This document shows, one piece after another, positions 37,345 to 44,830 of a DNA stretch of 64,000 bases (the first letter of the stretch is position 1; the number at the start of each line of letters is the position of its first letter). Both the position numbers and the translations under genes were made by a program. This DNA is from an uncultured Bacilli bacterium (GTDB lineage: Bacteria > Bacillota_I > Bacilli_A > RF39 > UBA660). Below the pieces are notes generated by a model. It was not told the origin of the DNA. It did not search any database and saw only the letters and a list, made by a program, of their open reading frames with translations. The DNA lies in the NCBI GenBank assembly GCA_944359725.1, contig CALVSY010000004.1, positions 1,309 through 65,308 of the forward strand, in the 5' to 3' direction.

Positions 37345-38781
37345 ATGAAAAGTTTAATATGCGGAAAATGGACGGATGCCCAAAGTGGTAAAAAAATAGA
37401 TGTTATAAATCCTGCAACAGGCAAACTTGTTGATACCGTTCCAAGTTTAAGCAAGGAAGAAGTAGATAAAGCAATTGATTACGCTTATAACGCACAAAAA
37501 GCATGGGAAGATAAATCAGTTGTTGAAAGATGCGAAGTTTTAATTAAGTTTGCTTCTTTAGTAAACGAAAACAAAGACGATTTAGCAACTACTTTGTGTA
37601 AGGAAACAGGAAAACCTATTAAAGAAGCATATAACGAAATAGCAAATATTCAAATAGGAGTTTTAGGTTACGTTGAAAAAGTAAAACATGAATATGGAAA
37701 CATGGTTTATCGTGGTACTGAAGCTGGTCAAGAAAACACAATTCAATATACGATTCAACAACCTCTTGGTGTTGTAGTTGCCATAATTCCATTTAATTTC
37801 CCAAGTGACATATTTATCAACAAAGTACCTCCTGCATTATTAATGGGAAACTCAGTAATTCTAAAACCTGCATCAGTAAATCCTTTAACATTAACTAAAT
37901 ATGTTAAATTACTAGAAAAGGCTGGTACACCATCAGGTGTTATATCAGTTGTTCACGGATCTGGTTCCGTAGTTGGTAAAGCACTTACTAGTAACAAAAA
38001 AGTAGCTATGGTGAGCCTAACCGGTAGTACTGCTGCTGGTATTGATGCTGCTAAAAATTGTGCTGAACACTGTGCTCATAGTTCACTTGAATTAGGTGGT
38101 AATGATGCGTTTATTCTAATGGATGATGGAGATGTTGACTTGGCAGTTAACGAAACCGTATGGGGTAGACTTTATAACACTGGTCAAGTATGCTGTGCAT
38201 CTAAAAGATTTTTAGTTCATAATAAGGTAAAAGATGAGTTCATAAGAAAAATGACTGATAAAATAAAATCATTAAAAGTTGGTAACCCAATGGATAAAGA
38301 TACTGATATTGGATGCCTTGTTAGCGAGGATGCTGCAATCGAAGTAGAAAAACAAGTTAACCAAACGGTTAAAGAAGGCGCTAAAATAGTAATCGGCGGC
38401 CATAGAAATGGTGCGTTTTATGAACCTACTATCTTAGATAACGTAACAAAAGATATGGAAGTTGCAAAAGACATGGAGATTTTTGGACCAGTAATACCAG
38501 TAATTGGCTTTGATTCACTTGATGAGGCTATTAAAATTGCTAACCAATCTATTTATGGACTTTCAGGATGTATAATTACTAAAGATATAAGTAGAGCTAT
38601 AAAGGTAAGTGAAAAAATGCAGTGTGGTGGATTCGTTATAAATGGTGCAAGTTTCTTTAGATCATTTGAACAACCATTCGGCGGATGGAAATATTCTGGA
38701 ATAGGTAATGAAGGTATTATGACTACTTTAAAAGAAATGTCTAGAACTAAAACCGTTATTCTAAAAAATATAACTAAGTAA
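37345..38781 (+). CDS. NAD(P)-dependent aldehyde dehydrogenase
   Basis: 478 aa with the catalytic Glu motif LELGGNDAFIL, the Cys motif GQVCCASKRFLV and the NAD motif GSGSVVG. Confidence 0.9.
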   Translation: MKSLICGKWTDAQSGKKIDVINPATGKLVDTVPSLSKEEVDKAIDYAYNAQKAWEDKSVVERCEVLIKFASLVNENKDDLATTLCKETGKPIKEAYNEIANIQIGVLGYVEKVKHEYGNMVYRGTEAGQENTIQYTIQQPLGVVVAIIPFNFPSDIFINKVPPALLMGNSVILKPASVNPLTLTKYVKLLEKAGTPSGVISVVHGSGSVVGKALTSNKKVAMVSLTGSTAAGIDAAKNCAEHCAHSSLELGGNDAFILMDDGDVDLAVNETVWGRLYNTGQVCCASKRFLVHNKVKDEFIRKMTDKIKSLKVGNPMDKDTDIGCLVSEDAAIEVEKQVNQTVKEGAKIVIGGHRNGAFYEPTILDNVTKDMEVAKDMEIFGPVIPVIGFDSLDEAIKIANQSIYGLSGCIITKDISRAIKVSEKMQCGGFVINGASFFRSFEQPFGGWKYSGIGNEGIMTTLKEMSRTKTVILKNITK

Positions 38782-38794
38782 GGAAGGGGAAAAA

Positions 38795-39553
38795 ATGTTC
38801 GATTATAAAGGCAAAGTAGTAGTTGTATCAGGAGCATCATCAGGCCTTGGTGCCCAAATGGCTAAAGGTTATGCAAAGCAAGGCGCAACGCTTGTAATTA
38901 CCGCAAGACGTTTAGAAAAACTAGAAGAAGTAGCAGAAGAAATTAGAAAAGAAGGAGTTACATGCTTACCGATTAAATGTGACGTAACGGATGTTTCTTC
39001 TGTTAATAACGCTGCTAAAATAGTAAAAGAAAAATTTGGTAAAGTAGACGTTTTGGTTAACTGCGCCGGATCAGCTAAAAATAATGGTGTTTTAAACATG
39101 ACTGATGAAGAATGGGATTTTACCATTAAGACCGATATGACTAGTTTATTTTACGTAACAAGAGCGTTTGCTAGCATAATGAAAGATAATAATTATGGTA
39201 GAATAATTAACATTGCTTCAATGTATGGTATGGTAGGTAACATGGCAATGGATACCGTTGCATACCACACTAGTAAAGGTGGCGTAATAAACTTTACTCG
39301 TGCGGTAGCAGCAGAACTTGCAAAGTATAATATTACTTGTAATGCAATTTGTCCTGGTTACTTTGATACCGAGCTTACTCATGAAACTTTAATTACTGAA
39401 AGTTTTACTAATTACATGAAAGCTACCGTACCACTTGGAAGATATGGTAAAGAAGGCGAGTTAAACGCCGCTGCAATATTTCTAGGAAGCGAAGAGGCAA
39501 GTTATGTAACAGGCGTTATTTTACCAGTAGATGGTGGATATACCGCAGTATAG
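38795..39553 (+). CDS. Short-chain dehydrogenase/reductase (classical SDR)
   Basis: Motifs VVSGASSGLGAQMA (TGxxxGxG type), NCAG and catalytic YHTSKGGV. Confidence 0.9.
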   Translation: MFDYKGKVVVVSGASSGLGAQMAKGYAKQGATLVITARRLEKLEEVAEEIRKEGVTCLPIKCDVTDVSSVNNAAKIVKEKFGKVDVLVNCAGSAKNNGVLNMTDEEWDFTIKTDMTSLFYVTRAFASIMKDNNYGRIINIASMYGMVGNMAMDTVAYHTSKGGVINFTRAVAAELAKYNITCNAICPGYFDTELTHETLITESFTNYMKATVPLGRYGKEGELNAAAIFLGSEEASYVTGVILPVDGGYTAV

Positions 39554-39556
39554 TAA

Positions 39557-39590
39557 AAAGTAAAGAGTAAAATCTTTACTTTTTATTTTG
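39557..39590 (+). terminator. Rho-independent terminator after the SDR gene
   Basis: AAAGTAAAGA (39557-39566) pairs with TCTTTACTTT (39573-39582), followed by a T-run. Confidence 0.8.
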
Positions 39591-39606
39591 CGTAAATTAT
39601 CTAAAA

Positions 39607-39635
39607 TTGACAGTTTATTTAAAAAGTGCTAGGAT
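39607..39635 (+). promoter_or_regulatory. Candidate promoter of paralog A
   Basis: TTGACA (39607-39612), a 17-nt spacer, then TAGGAT (39630-39635) with an upstream TGc (GTGCTAGGAT). Confidence 0.55.
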
Positions 39636-39661
39636 ATTTTCGCTAAAAAAGGAGAATTTAT

Positions 39662-40252
39662 ATGCAAGATGAAGATAAAAATATAAAAATAGATGAAACA
39701 ATAACCAGAATAAATGATACTTTTGGATTTGTTTTATCATATGGTGAAAGTAAAAGATTAATACCAGTTGGCACGTTTAAGTTAAATAAAATCTTTGAAG
39801 CAAAATATGCTCCATATACTTATGGTGCAACTAGTATTAGAGATATAATAGTTGAATTAAAAAAATATAATAATGATGATTCGGATAAAGAAGAAGACGA
39901 AAGAATTTATATGAGCTTTAACGAGTTTCTTAAATTAGCAAATTCTAGTATGGCAAGAAAAAATAAATCCACTTTTAAATTTTTATTTGGAAAATATATG
40001 AACGAAGAAAATTTATCTGATGCAATTAAAGTTACAAAGGCAGCATTAGCGGTTATTAAAGATTATGATTTAGAGGTAGGACAAATTAAGACTTTAGAAG
40101 ACTTACAAGCTTGTTATATTTCAAACGGAGAATTATTAGGAACAAATTATAGTATTGTACCATTTTATTACAACAAAAGTATTGATAGTAAAGTAAAATA
40201 TGCTGATAAAGATTTGAAGATAAAAGAACATGGCAAGGCAATTAAAAGGTAA
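39662..40252 (+). CDS. Hypothetical protein, paralog A of a tandem pair
   Basis: 196 aa and soluble, preceded by an AAAGGAG Shine-Dalgarno. It shares the blocks FGFVLSYGES..LIPV.TFK, IYM.F.EF and GTNYSIVPFYY with the next gene. Confidence 0.7.
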   Translation: MQDEDKNIKIDETITRINDTFGFVLSYGESKRLIPVGTFKLNKIFEAKYAPYTYGATSIRDIIVELKKYNNDDSDKEEDERIYMSFNEFLKLANSSMARKNKSTFKFLFGKYMNEENLSDAIKVTKAALAVIKDYDLEVGQIKTLEDLQACYISNGELLGTNYSIVPFYYNKSIDSKVKYADKDLKIKEHGKAIKR

Positions 40253-40261
40253 AAAATAAAT

Positions 40262-40305
40262 ATGTTCTTTACTTGAATTTATTTATGTGCTAGTATAAAG
40301 AACAT
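40262..40305. repeat. 10-bp perfect inverted repeat bracketing the paralog B promoter
   Basis: ATGTTCTTTA (40262-40271) and TAAAGAACAT (40296-40305) enclose a 24-nt interval containing GTGCTAGTAT, the putative extended -10. Confidence 0.6.
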
Positions 40306-40324
40306 TTGAAAGGGGAAATTTAAA

Positions 40325-40918
40325 TTGAGTAATATTAAAGAAATTATAGAAAGTTTAAATAATAGTTATGGATTTATATTATCATATGGTGAGTCATCAG
40401 AATTTATTCCAGTTGAAACTTTTAAGGTTAAAGATATATTAAAAGAAGAAGAAAGTCCATATAAACAAGGACTTTCAAATGAAAGAGATTTAGTAATAAA
40501 ATTAGTAGGAGTTAATAATCATGAAAAACAAGCGGATAATGTAATATATATTCCATTAAAAGAATTTATAAAAATATTTTACTATGGTACAGAAGAAAAT
40601 AATTACTCTGTAAGAGAGTTAGTTAACTCAGAAATATATGAAGAACAGTTATCTGTTTTAAATATAATAGCACAGCAATATTATAGAAAACATAAAACTA
40701 GCCCTATTAATTTTTATCAAACCTCATCGCTAGATGATATAAATGCAACTTATGAAGTAAATGGTAATGCTGTTGGTACTAATTATACTTTTGTTCCATT
40801 TTCTTATGGTAAGCAAAAAAGAAAAACATTATATTTTGATCCAGAAAAACGACTAAATAATCTTTCTTATAAAGATTTTGGTTTTATAGATGAAGATATA
40901 AAAAGATATAATAGATAA
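40325..40918 (+). CDS. Hypothetical protein, paralog B of a tandem pair
   Basis: 197 aa with a TTG start after an AAAGGGG Shine-Dalgarno. It carries the blocks YGFILSYGES..FIPVETFK, IYIPLKEF and GTNYTFVPFSY. Confidence 0.65.
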   Translation: MSNIKEIIESLNNSYGFILSYGESSEFIPVETFKVKDILKEEESPYKQGLSNERDLVIKLVGVNNHEKQADNVIYIPLKEFIKIFYYGTEENNYSVRELVNSEIYEEQLSVLNIIAQQYYRKHKTSPINFYQTSSLDDINATYEVNGNAVGTNYTFVPFSYGKQKRKTLYFDPEKRLNNLSYKDFGFIDEDIKRYNR

Positions 40919-40945
40919 GTAATGCTTTTAAGCATTGCTTTTTAT
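40919..40945 (+). terminator. Rho-independent terminator after paralog B
   Basis: AATGC (40920-40924) pairs with GCATT (40931-40935), followed by GCTTTTTATTT. Confidence 0.6.
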
Positions 40946-40990
40946 TTAGTTTAAATGTTATAATACCAAAGGAAAAGGAAAGTGATTAAT

Positions 40991-42088
40991 ATGTCTTTAA
41001 CCGCAGGAATAGTAGGATTACCAAACGTAGGTAAATCAACGCTTTTTAACGCTATTACAAAAAAACATATCTTAGCTGCTAATTATCCATTTGCAACCAT
41101 TGAGCCAAACGTTGGAATGGTAACCGTACCTGATAAGAGACTTGATTTTTTAAATGAATTAGTAAAACCAAAGAGTTTAGTTCCTACAACGTTTGAATTT
41201 ACTGATATTGCAGGACTTGTTAAAGGTGCATCACATGGTGAGGGATTAGGAAACAAGTTTTTATCACACATAAGAGATGTAGATGCCGTAGTAGAAGTAT
41301 TAAGGTGTTTTGATGATTCAAATATAACCCACGTAGAAGGAAAAACAGATCCTATTCGTGATATTGAAATAATAGATGTTGAGTTTATCTTTTGTGATTT
41401 AGAGGTAGTTAATAATAGACTGGGTAAAATAGAGAAAAAAGCAGTATCTACAAAAGATAAAGATGCTTTAAAAGAAGTAGAACTTTTAAAAAGGATAAAA
41501 GAAGCATTAGAAAATAATATTCCAGCAAGAAAACTGGAGTATACAAAAGATGAGGAAAAAATATTAAAAGCATATAACTTGCTTACTAAAAAACCAGTAA
41601 TATACGTTGCAAACATAAAAGAAGAAGACATAAATAAAGAAAATGATTACGTAAAACAAGTGAAAGAATACGCAAAAAAGGATAACGCTGAGGTTATTGT
41701 TTTGTGTGCAAAAATAGAAGAAGAATTAAGTGGCTTTGATGATGAAGAAAAAACAGCGTTTTTAAATGATCTTGGTATTGATGAAAGTGGACTTGATAAA
41801 TTAATTAAAGCATCATATCATTTGCTTGGACTTCAAACATACTTTACCGCGGGTCCTAAGGAAGTTAGGGCATGGACCTTTAAAAAGGAAATGAAGGCAC
41901 CAGAATGTGCCGGAATTATTCACAGTGACTTTGAAAAAGGTTTTATCAGGGCGGAAGTAATATCATTTGATGATTATAAAAAGTATAACGGAGAAAAAGG
42001 TGCTAAAGAAGCAGGAAAACTTCGTAGCGAGGGAAAAGATTACGTAATGCAAGACGGTGATGTTTGCTTATTTAGATTTAATAATTAG
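40991..42088 (+). CDS. ychF: Redox-regulated ribosome-binding ATPase YchF
   Basis: Start at MSLTAGIVGLPNVGKSTLFNA (G1 motif). It also has DIAGLVKGAS and the C-terminal TGS-like block VRAWTFKKEMKAPECAGIIHSDFEKGFIRAEV. Confidence 0.96.
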   Translation: MSLTAGIVGLPNVGKSTLFNAITKKHILAANYPFATIEPNVGMVTVPDKRLDFLNELVKPKSLVPTTFEFTDIAGLVKGASHGEGLGNKFLSHIRDVDAVVEVLRCFDDSNITHVEGKTDPIRDIEIIDVEFIFCDLEVVNNRLGKIEKKAVSTKDKDALKEVELLKRIKEALENNIPARKLEYTKDEEKILKAYNLLTKKPVIYVANIKEEDINKENDYVKQVKEYAKKDNAEVIVLCAKIEEELSGFDDEEKTAFLNDLGIDESGLDKLIKASYHLLGLQTYFTAGPKEVRAWTFKKEMKAPECAGIIHSDFEKGFIRAEVISFDDYKKYNGEKGAKEAGKLRSEGKDYVMQDGDVCLFRFNN

Positions 42089-42100
42089 GAGATGATAAGC

Positions 42101-42475
42101 ATGAAATTAAAAGATATAAAAAATAAATTATTTGGTTTTTCTACTAAAGATTTATATTTAGCGGAACTTGTAAGATATGAAAAAGAAGATTTTTATGATA
42201 GGTATTTTTTTACGATAACAAATAACTATGCATATCACTTGGAACCTAAAAAATATATAATAGCAAGAAAAAATCATGAAAGTTTTCCTCCAAAATTTAG
42301 TGATGTTTTTACAGGATCCTTGTATAATGCATATGGTGATTATAATTTGGATAACAAAGAAATTATAGCGGCTCCAATCTCACCAATCGTATCAAATAAA
42401 AAAAGAATAAAGTATAAAGATGCCGAAAAAATTTTACATACTAAAAACACAACATATATCAAAAGAAATAATTAA
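42101..42475 (+). CDS. Hypothetical protein (124 aa) tightly linked to ychF
   Basis: An AGGAGA Shine-Dalgarno lies immediately after the ychF stop, then ATG 42101 (MKLKDIKNKLFGFSTKDLYLAELVRYEKEDFYDRYFF...). I did not recognise a family. Confidence 0.55.
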   Translation: MKLKDIKNKLFGFSTKDLYLAELVRYEKEDFYDRYFFTITNNYAYHLEPKKYIIARKNHESFPPKFSDVFTGSLYNAYGDYNLDNKEIIAAPISPIVSNKKRIKYKDAEKILHTKNTTYIKRNN

Positions 42476-42492
42476 TTTTATTTCTTTTATTA

Positions 42493-42521
42493 TTGACCAA
42501 ATGTATATATTTTGTATATAC
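42493..42521 (+). promoter_or_regulatory. Candidate mazEF promoter with tandem TGTATATA operator-like repeats
   Basis: TTGACC (42493-42498) is followed by TGTATATA at 42502-42509 and 42513-42520 with an 11-bp period. The second copy overlaps the -10 (TATATA). Confidence 0.5.
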
Positions 42522-42544
42522 TATATATGAAAGGAGAACTTCCT

Positions 42545-42787
42545 ATGGAGGCAAGATTACAAAAATGGGGAAATTCTACAGGAATTAGAATACCAAAAAG
42601 TTTTTTAAAATCACTTAATTTAAATATAAATGATGAAGTAGATATTATTCAAGAAGAAGATAAAATAATAATTTCTAAAATTAATAAAAAAAGTATTTCT
42701 TTAAAAGATAGAATTAAAAAATATACTGGACCAAACCTTAGTAAAGATTTTAAGTGGGATGATAACAGAGGAAGGGAAATATGGTAG
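42545..42787 (+). CDS. mazE: MazE/AbrB-SpoVT-type antitoxin
   Basis: MEARLQKWGNSTGIRIPKSFLKSLNL is a swapped-hairpin (SpoVT/AbrB) motif. It overlaps the toxin start by 7 nt. Confidence 0.85.
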   Translation: MEARLQKWGNSTGIRIPKSFLKSLNLNINDEVDIIQEEDKIIISKINKKSISLKDRIKKYTGPNLSKDFKWDDNRGREIW

Positions 42788-43122
42788 CAAAGTACACACC
42801 AAAACAAAAAGATATAGTTTACGTAGATTTTAATCCCACCAAGGGACATGAGCAAAAAGGGTATAGACCGGCTGTTGTAATAAGTACGGATACGTTTAAT
42901 AAATTTACTAAAATGGTAATAGTATGCCCAATAACATCTAATACAAAGGAATTTCCAACGCACCATTTATTAAAAGAAACAAAACAAGTAACCGGAAGTG
43001 TTTTATGTGAATACATAAGAAGTATAGATTACGAAGATAGAAAATTAAAGTTTGTAGAGAAAATGACGGATAATGATTTTGGATATGTTATGTCTTTGCT
43101 AGAGGCATGTTTATCCGAGTAG
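42781..43122 (+). CDS. mazF: MazF/PemK-family endoribonuclease toxin
   Basis: 113 aa; motifs are DIVYVDFNPTKGHEQKGYRPAVVIS and VIVCPITSN. Confidence 0.9.
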   Translation: MVAKYTPKQKDIVYVDFNPTKGHEQKGYRPAVVISTDTFNKFTKMVIVCPITSNTKEFPTHHLLKETKQVTGSVLCEYIRSIDYEDRKLKFVEKMTDNDFGYVMSLLEACLSE

Positions 43123-43141
43123 AATAATATAATTTAATATA

Positions 43142-43172
43142 AAAAGATGGTTTACATAAACTATCTTTTTTG
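43142..43172 (+). terminator. Rho-independent terminator after mazF
   Basis: AGATGGTT (43145-43152) pairs with AACTATCT (43159-43166) with one G-U pair, followed by a T6 run. Confidence 0.7.
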
Positions 43173-43185
43173 TTATAATACAAAG

Positions 43186-43259
43186 CGAGTAATGAAAGTT
43201 TACTCTCTTGCCTTTAACTTTGATTAAAGGCCGATAAGACCAGAAGAGGAGGATAAAAT
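43186..43259 (+). promoter_or_regulatory. Structured rpsF 5' leader (candidate S6:S18-binding autoregulatory element)
   Basis: Downstream of the extended -10 TGTTATAAT (43171-43179) there are two hairpins: GAGTAA/TTACTC (43187-43205) and GCCTTTAA/TTAAAGGC (43210-43231). The GAGGAGG Shine-Dalgarno follows. Confidence 0.45.
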
Positions 43260-43547
43260 ATGAAATACGAGATTATGTTCGTTGTAAGACCAAATCTTGA
43301 AGAAGATAAGGTTAAAGAAGTTTCAAAGAACTTTGAAAAGATCTTAACTGATAATGGAGCTACTATAACTTCTTCAAAAGATTTAGGTCAAAAAGAGTTA
43401 GCTTATGAAATAGAAGGTCATAAAGCAGGATACTATTTTCTAATTAACTTAGAAGCTAATGATGCAAATGCTATTAATGAATTTGATCGTTTAGCAAGAA
43501 TAAGTGAAGATATTATTCGTCATTTAATCGTAAAAGAAGATAAGTAA
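43260..43547 (+). CDS. rpsF: 30S ribosomal protein S6
   Basis: MKYEIMFVVRPNLEEDKVKEV...; 95 aa. Confidence 0.97.
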   Translation: MKYEIMFVVRPNLEEDKVKEVSKNFEKILTDNGATITSSKDLGQKELAYEIEGHKAGYYFLINLEANDANAINEFDRLARISEDIIRHLIVKEDK

Positions 43548-43561
43548 GAAAGGTGTTTGTT

Positions 43562-44029
43562 ATGAATAAAGCGTTTTTAATAGGAAGATTAACAAGGGAT
43601 CCAGAATTAAGATATTCGTCTAGTAATGCTGCGATAGTAAATTTTACTATTGCAATAGATAGACAGTATACTAATAATCAAGGTGAAAGAGATACTGATT
43701 TTATTAATATAGTTGCTTTTCAAAAGCAAGCTGAAAACATAAAGAAATATGTTTTTAAAGGTTCTTTAGTTGCGGTAGACGGAAGAATACAAACCCGTAA
43801 CTATGAAGATAAGGACGGAAAAAGAGTATATGTAACCGAAGTTGTTGCAGACAGAGTTCAATTCCTTGATTCTAAAGGATCTAATAATAATCAGCCATCC
43901 GTAACAAACGATGTTTCACCTGCTGATTTCCAAAGTGCTGATACACCTAAAGAAACAAACGTATCAGACGATGTTTTCGCAGATTTTGGTAATAGTATTG
44001 AGATATCAGATGATGATATTGCGTTTTAA
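43562..44029 (+). CDS. ssb: Single-stranded DNA-binding protein
   Basis: OB fold (MNKAFLIGRLTRDPELRY...) and the acidic C-terminal tip DDDIAF. Confidence 0.96.
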   Translation: MNKAFLIGRLTRDPELRYSSSNAAIVNFTIAIDRQYTNNQGERDTDFINIVAFQKQAENIKKYVFKGSLVAVDGRIQTRNYEDKDGKRVYVTEVVADRVQFLDSKGSNNNQPSVTNDVSPADFQSADTPKETNVSDDVFADFGNSIEISDDDIAF

Positions 44030-44053
44030 TGATTAAGAAAAGGAGGAATACTA

Positions 44054-44269
44054 GTGGCAGATTTTTTCAGAAAGAAAAAGAAAGTATGTCAAATGTGTGC
44101 TGGTAAGTCTGTAAGTTATAAAGAACCAGAAATTTTAAAGAAATATATAAATGAAAAAGGTAAAATTTTACCTAGAAGAGTAACTGGAGCTTGCTCTAAG
44201 CACCAAAGATATATTGCAAGAGAAATAAAAAGAGCTAGAATGATTGGTTTATTACCATTTACAAATTAA
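44054..44269 (+). CDS. rpsR: 30S ribosomal protein S18
   Basis: GTG start 7 nt after AGGAGG. The motif is [32 protein letters not shown]. Confidence 0.95.
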   Translation: MADFFRKKKKVCQMCAGKSVSYKEPEILKKYINEKGKILPRRVTGACSKHQRYIAREIKRARMIGLLPFTN

Positions 44270-44273
44270 TATT

Positions 44274-44312
44274 AGAAAGTATACTAATAATAGTGTACTT
44301 TCTTTTCTTTTA
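44274..44312 (+). terminator. Rho-independent terminator after rpsR
   Basis: AGAAAGTA (44274-44281) pairs with TACTTTCT (44296-44303), followed by a T-rich tail. Confidence 0.7.
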
Positions 44313-44372
44313 ATAAAATAAAAAGTATGTTATAATAAACATGCAAGATTAATTAGAAAGGGTGGTCTAATT

Positions 44373-44813
44373 ATGAAGGTTATATTTAAAAAAGACGTTA
44401 AGGGCCAAGGAAAAAAAGGCGATATAAAAGAAGTAAAAGACGGATATGCTGAGAATTTTCTAATAAGAAAAGGGTATGCCGTTTTATACACACAAAGAAG
44501 TAAAGAAATTCTAGATAGGGAAAATAAAGATAAAGCAAGTAAGTTAGCTAAGGAAATAAAAGAAAGTGAAAAACTAAGAGATGAACTTAAGGATCGTGTT
44601 TTAACGTTTAAGGTGAAAACAGGAAAACAAGATCAGGTGTTTGGCTCTGTATCAACTAAACAAATAGCGCAGAAGTTAGAAGCTGAAGGCTATAAAATAG
44701 ATAAGAAAAAAATAGTGTTAGATGAGCCAATTGCTACTTTAGGATATCATGAGGTTAAAATAAACTTACATAAGAATGTAGAAGGTTACGTAACGGTTTT
44801 ATTAACAAAGTAA
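44373..44813 (+). CDS. rplI: 50S ribosomal protein L9
   Basis: MKVIFKKDVKGQGKKGDIKEVKDGYAENFLIRKGYAV. Confidence 0.96.
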   Translation: MKVIFKKDVKGQGKKGDIKEVKDGYAENFLIRKGYAVLYTQRSKEILDRENKDKASKLAKEIKESEKLRDELKDRVLTFKVKTGKQDQVFGSVSTKQIAQKLEAEGYKIDKKKIVLDEPIATLGYHEVKINLHKNVEGYVTVLLTK

Positions 44814-44830
44814 AGTAAAGGAGGGATAAA

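Noticed and set aside
41083-41631. 182-aa minus-strand ORF inside ychF. Similar long antisense ORFs occur at 29075-29455, 35471-35866, 55550-55933, 61822-62280, 9781-10080 and 42649-42966.
   Set aside because: All lie entirely antisense to well-supported conserved genes. They have Ser/Phe/Leu/Ile-rich low-complexity translations and no Shine-Dalgarno. They are the expected shadow ORFs of AT-rich, purine-skewed coding strands.
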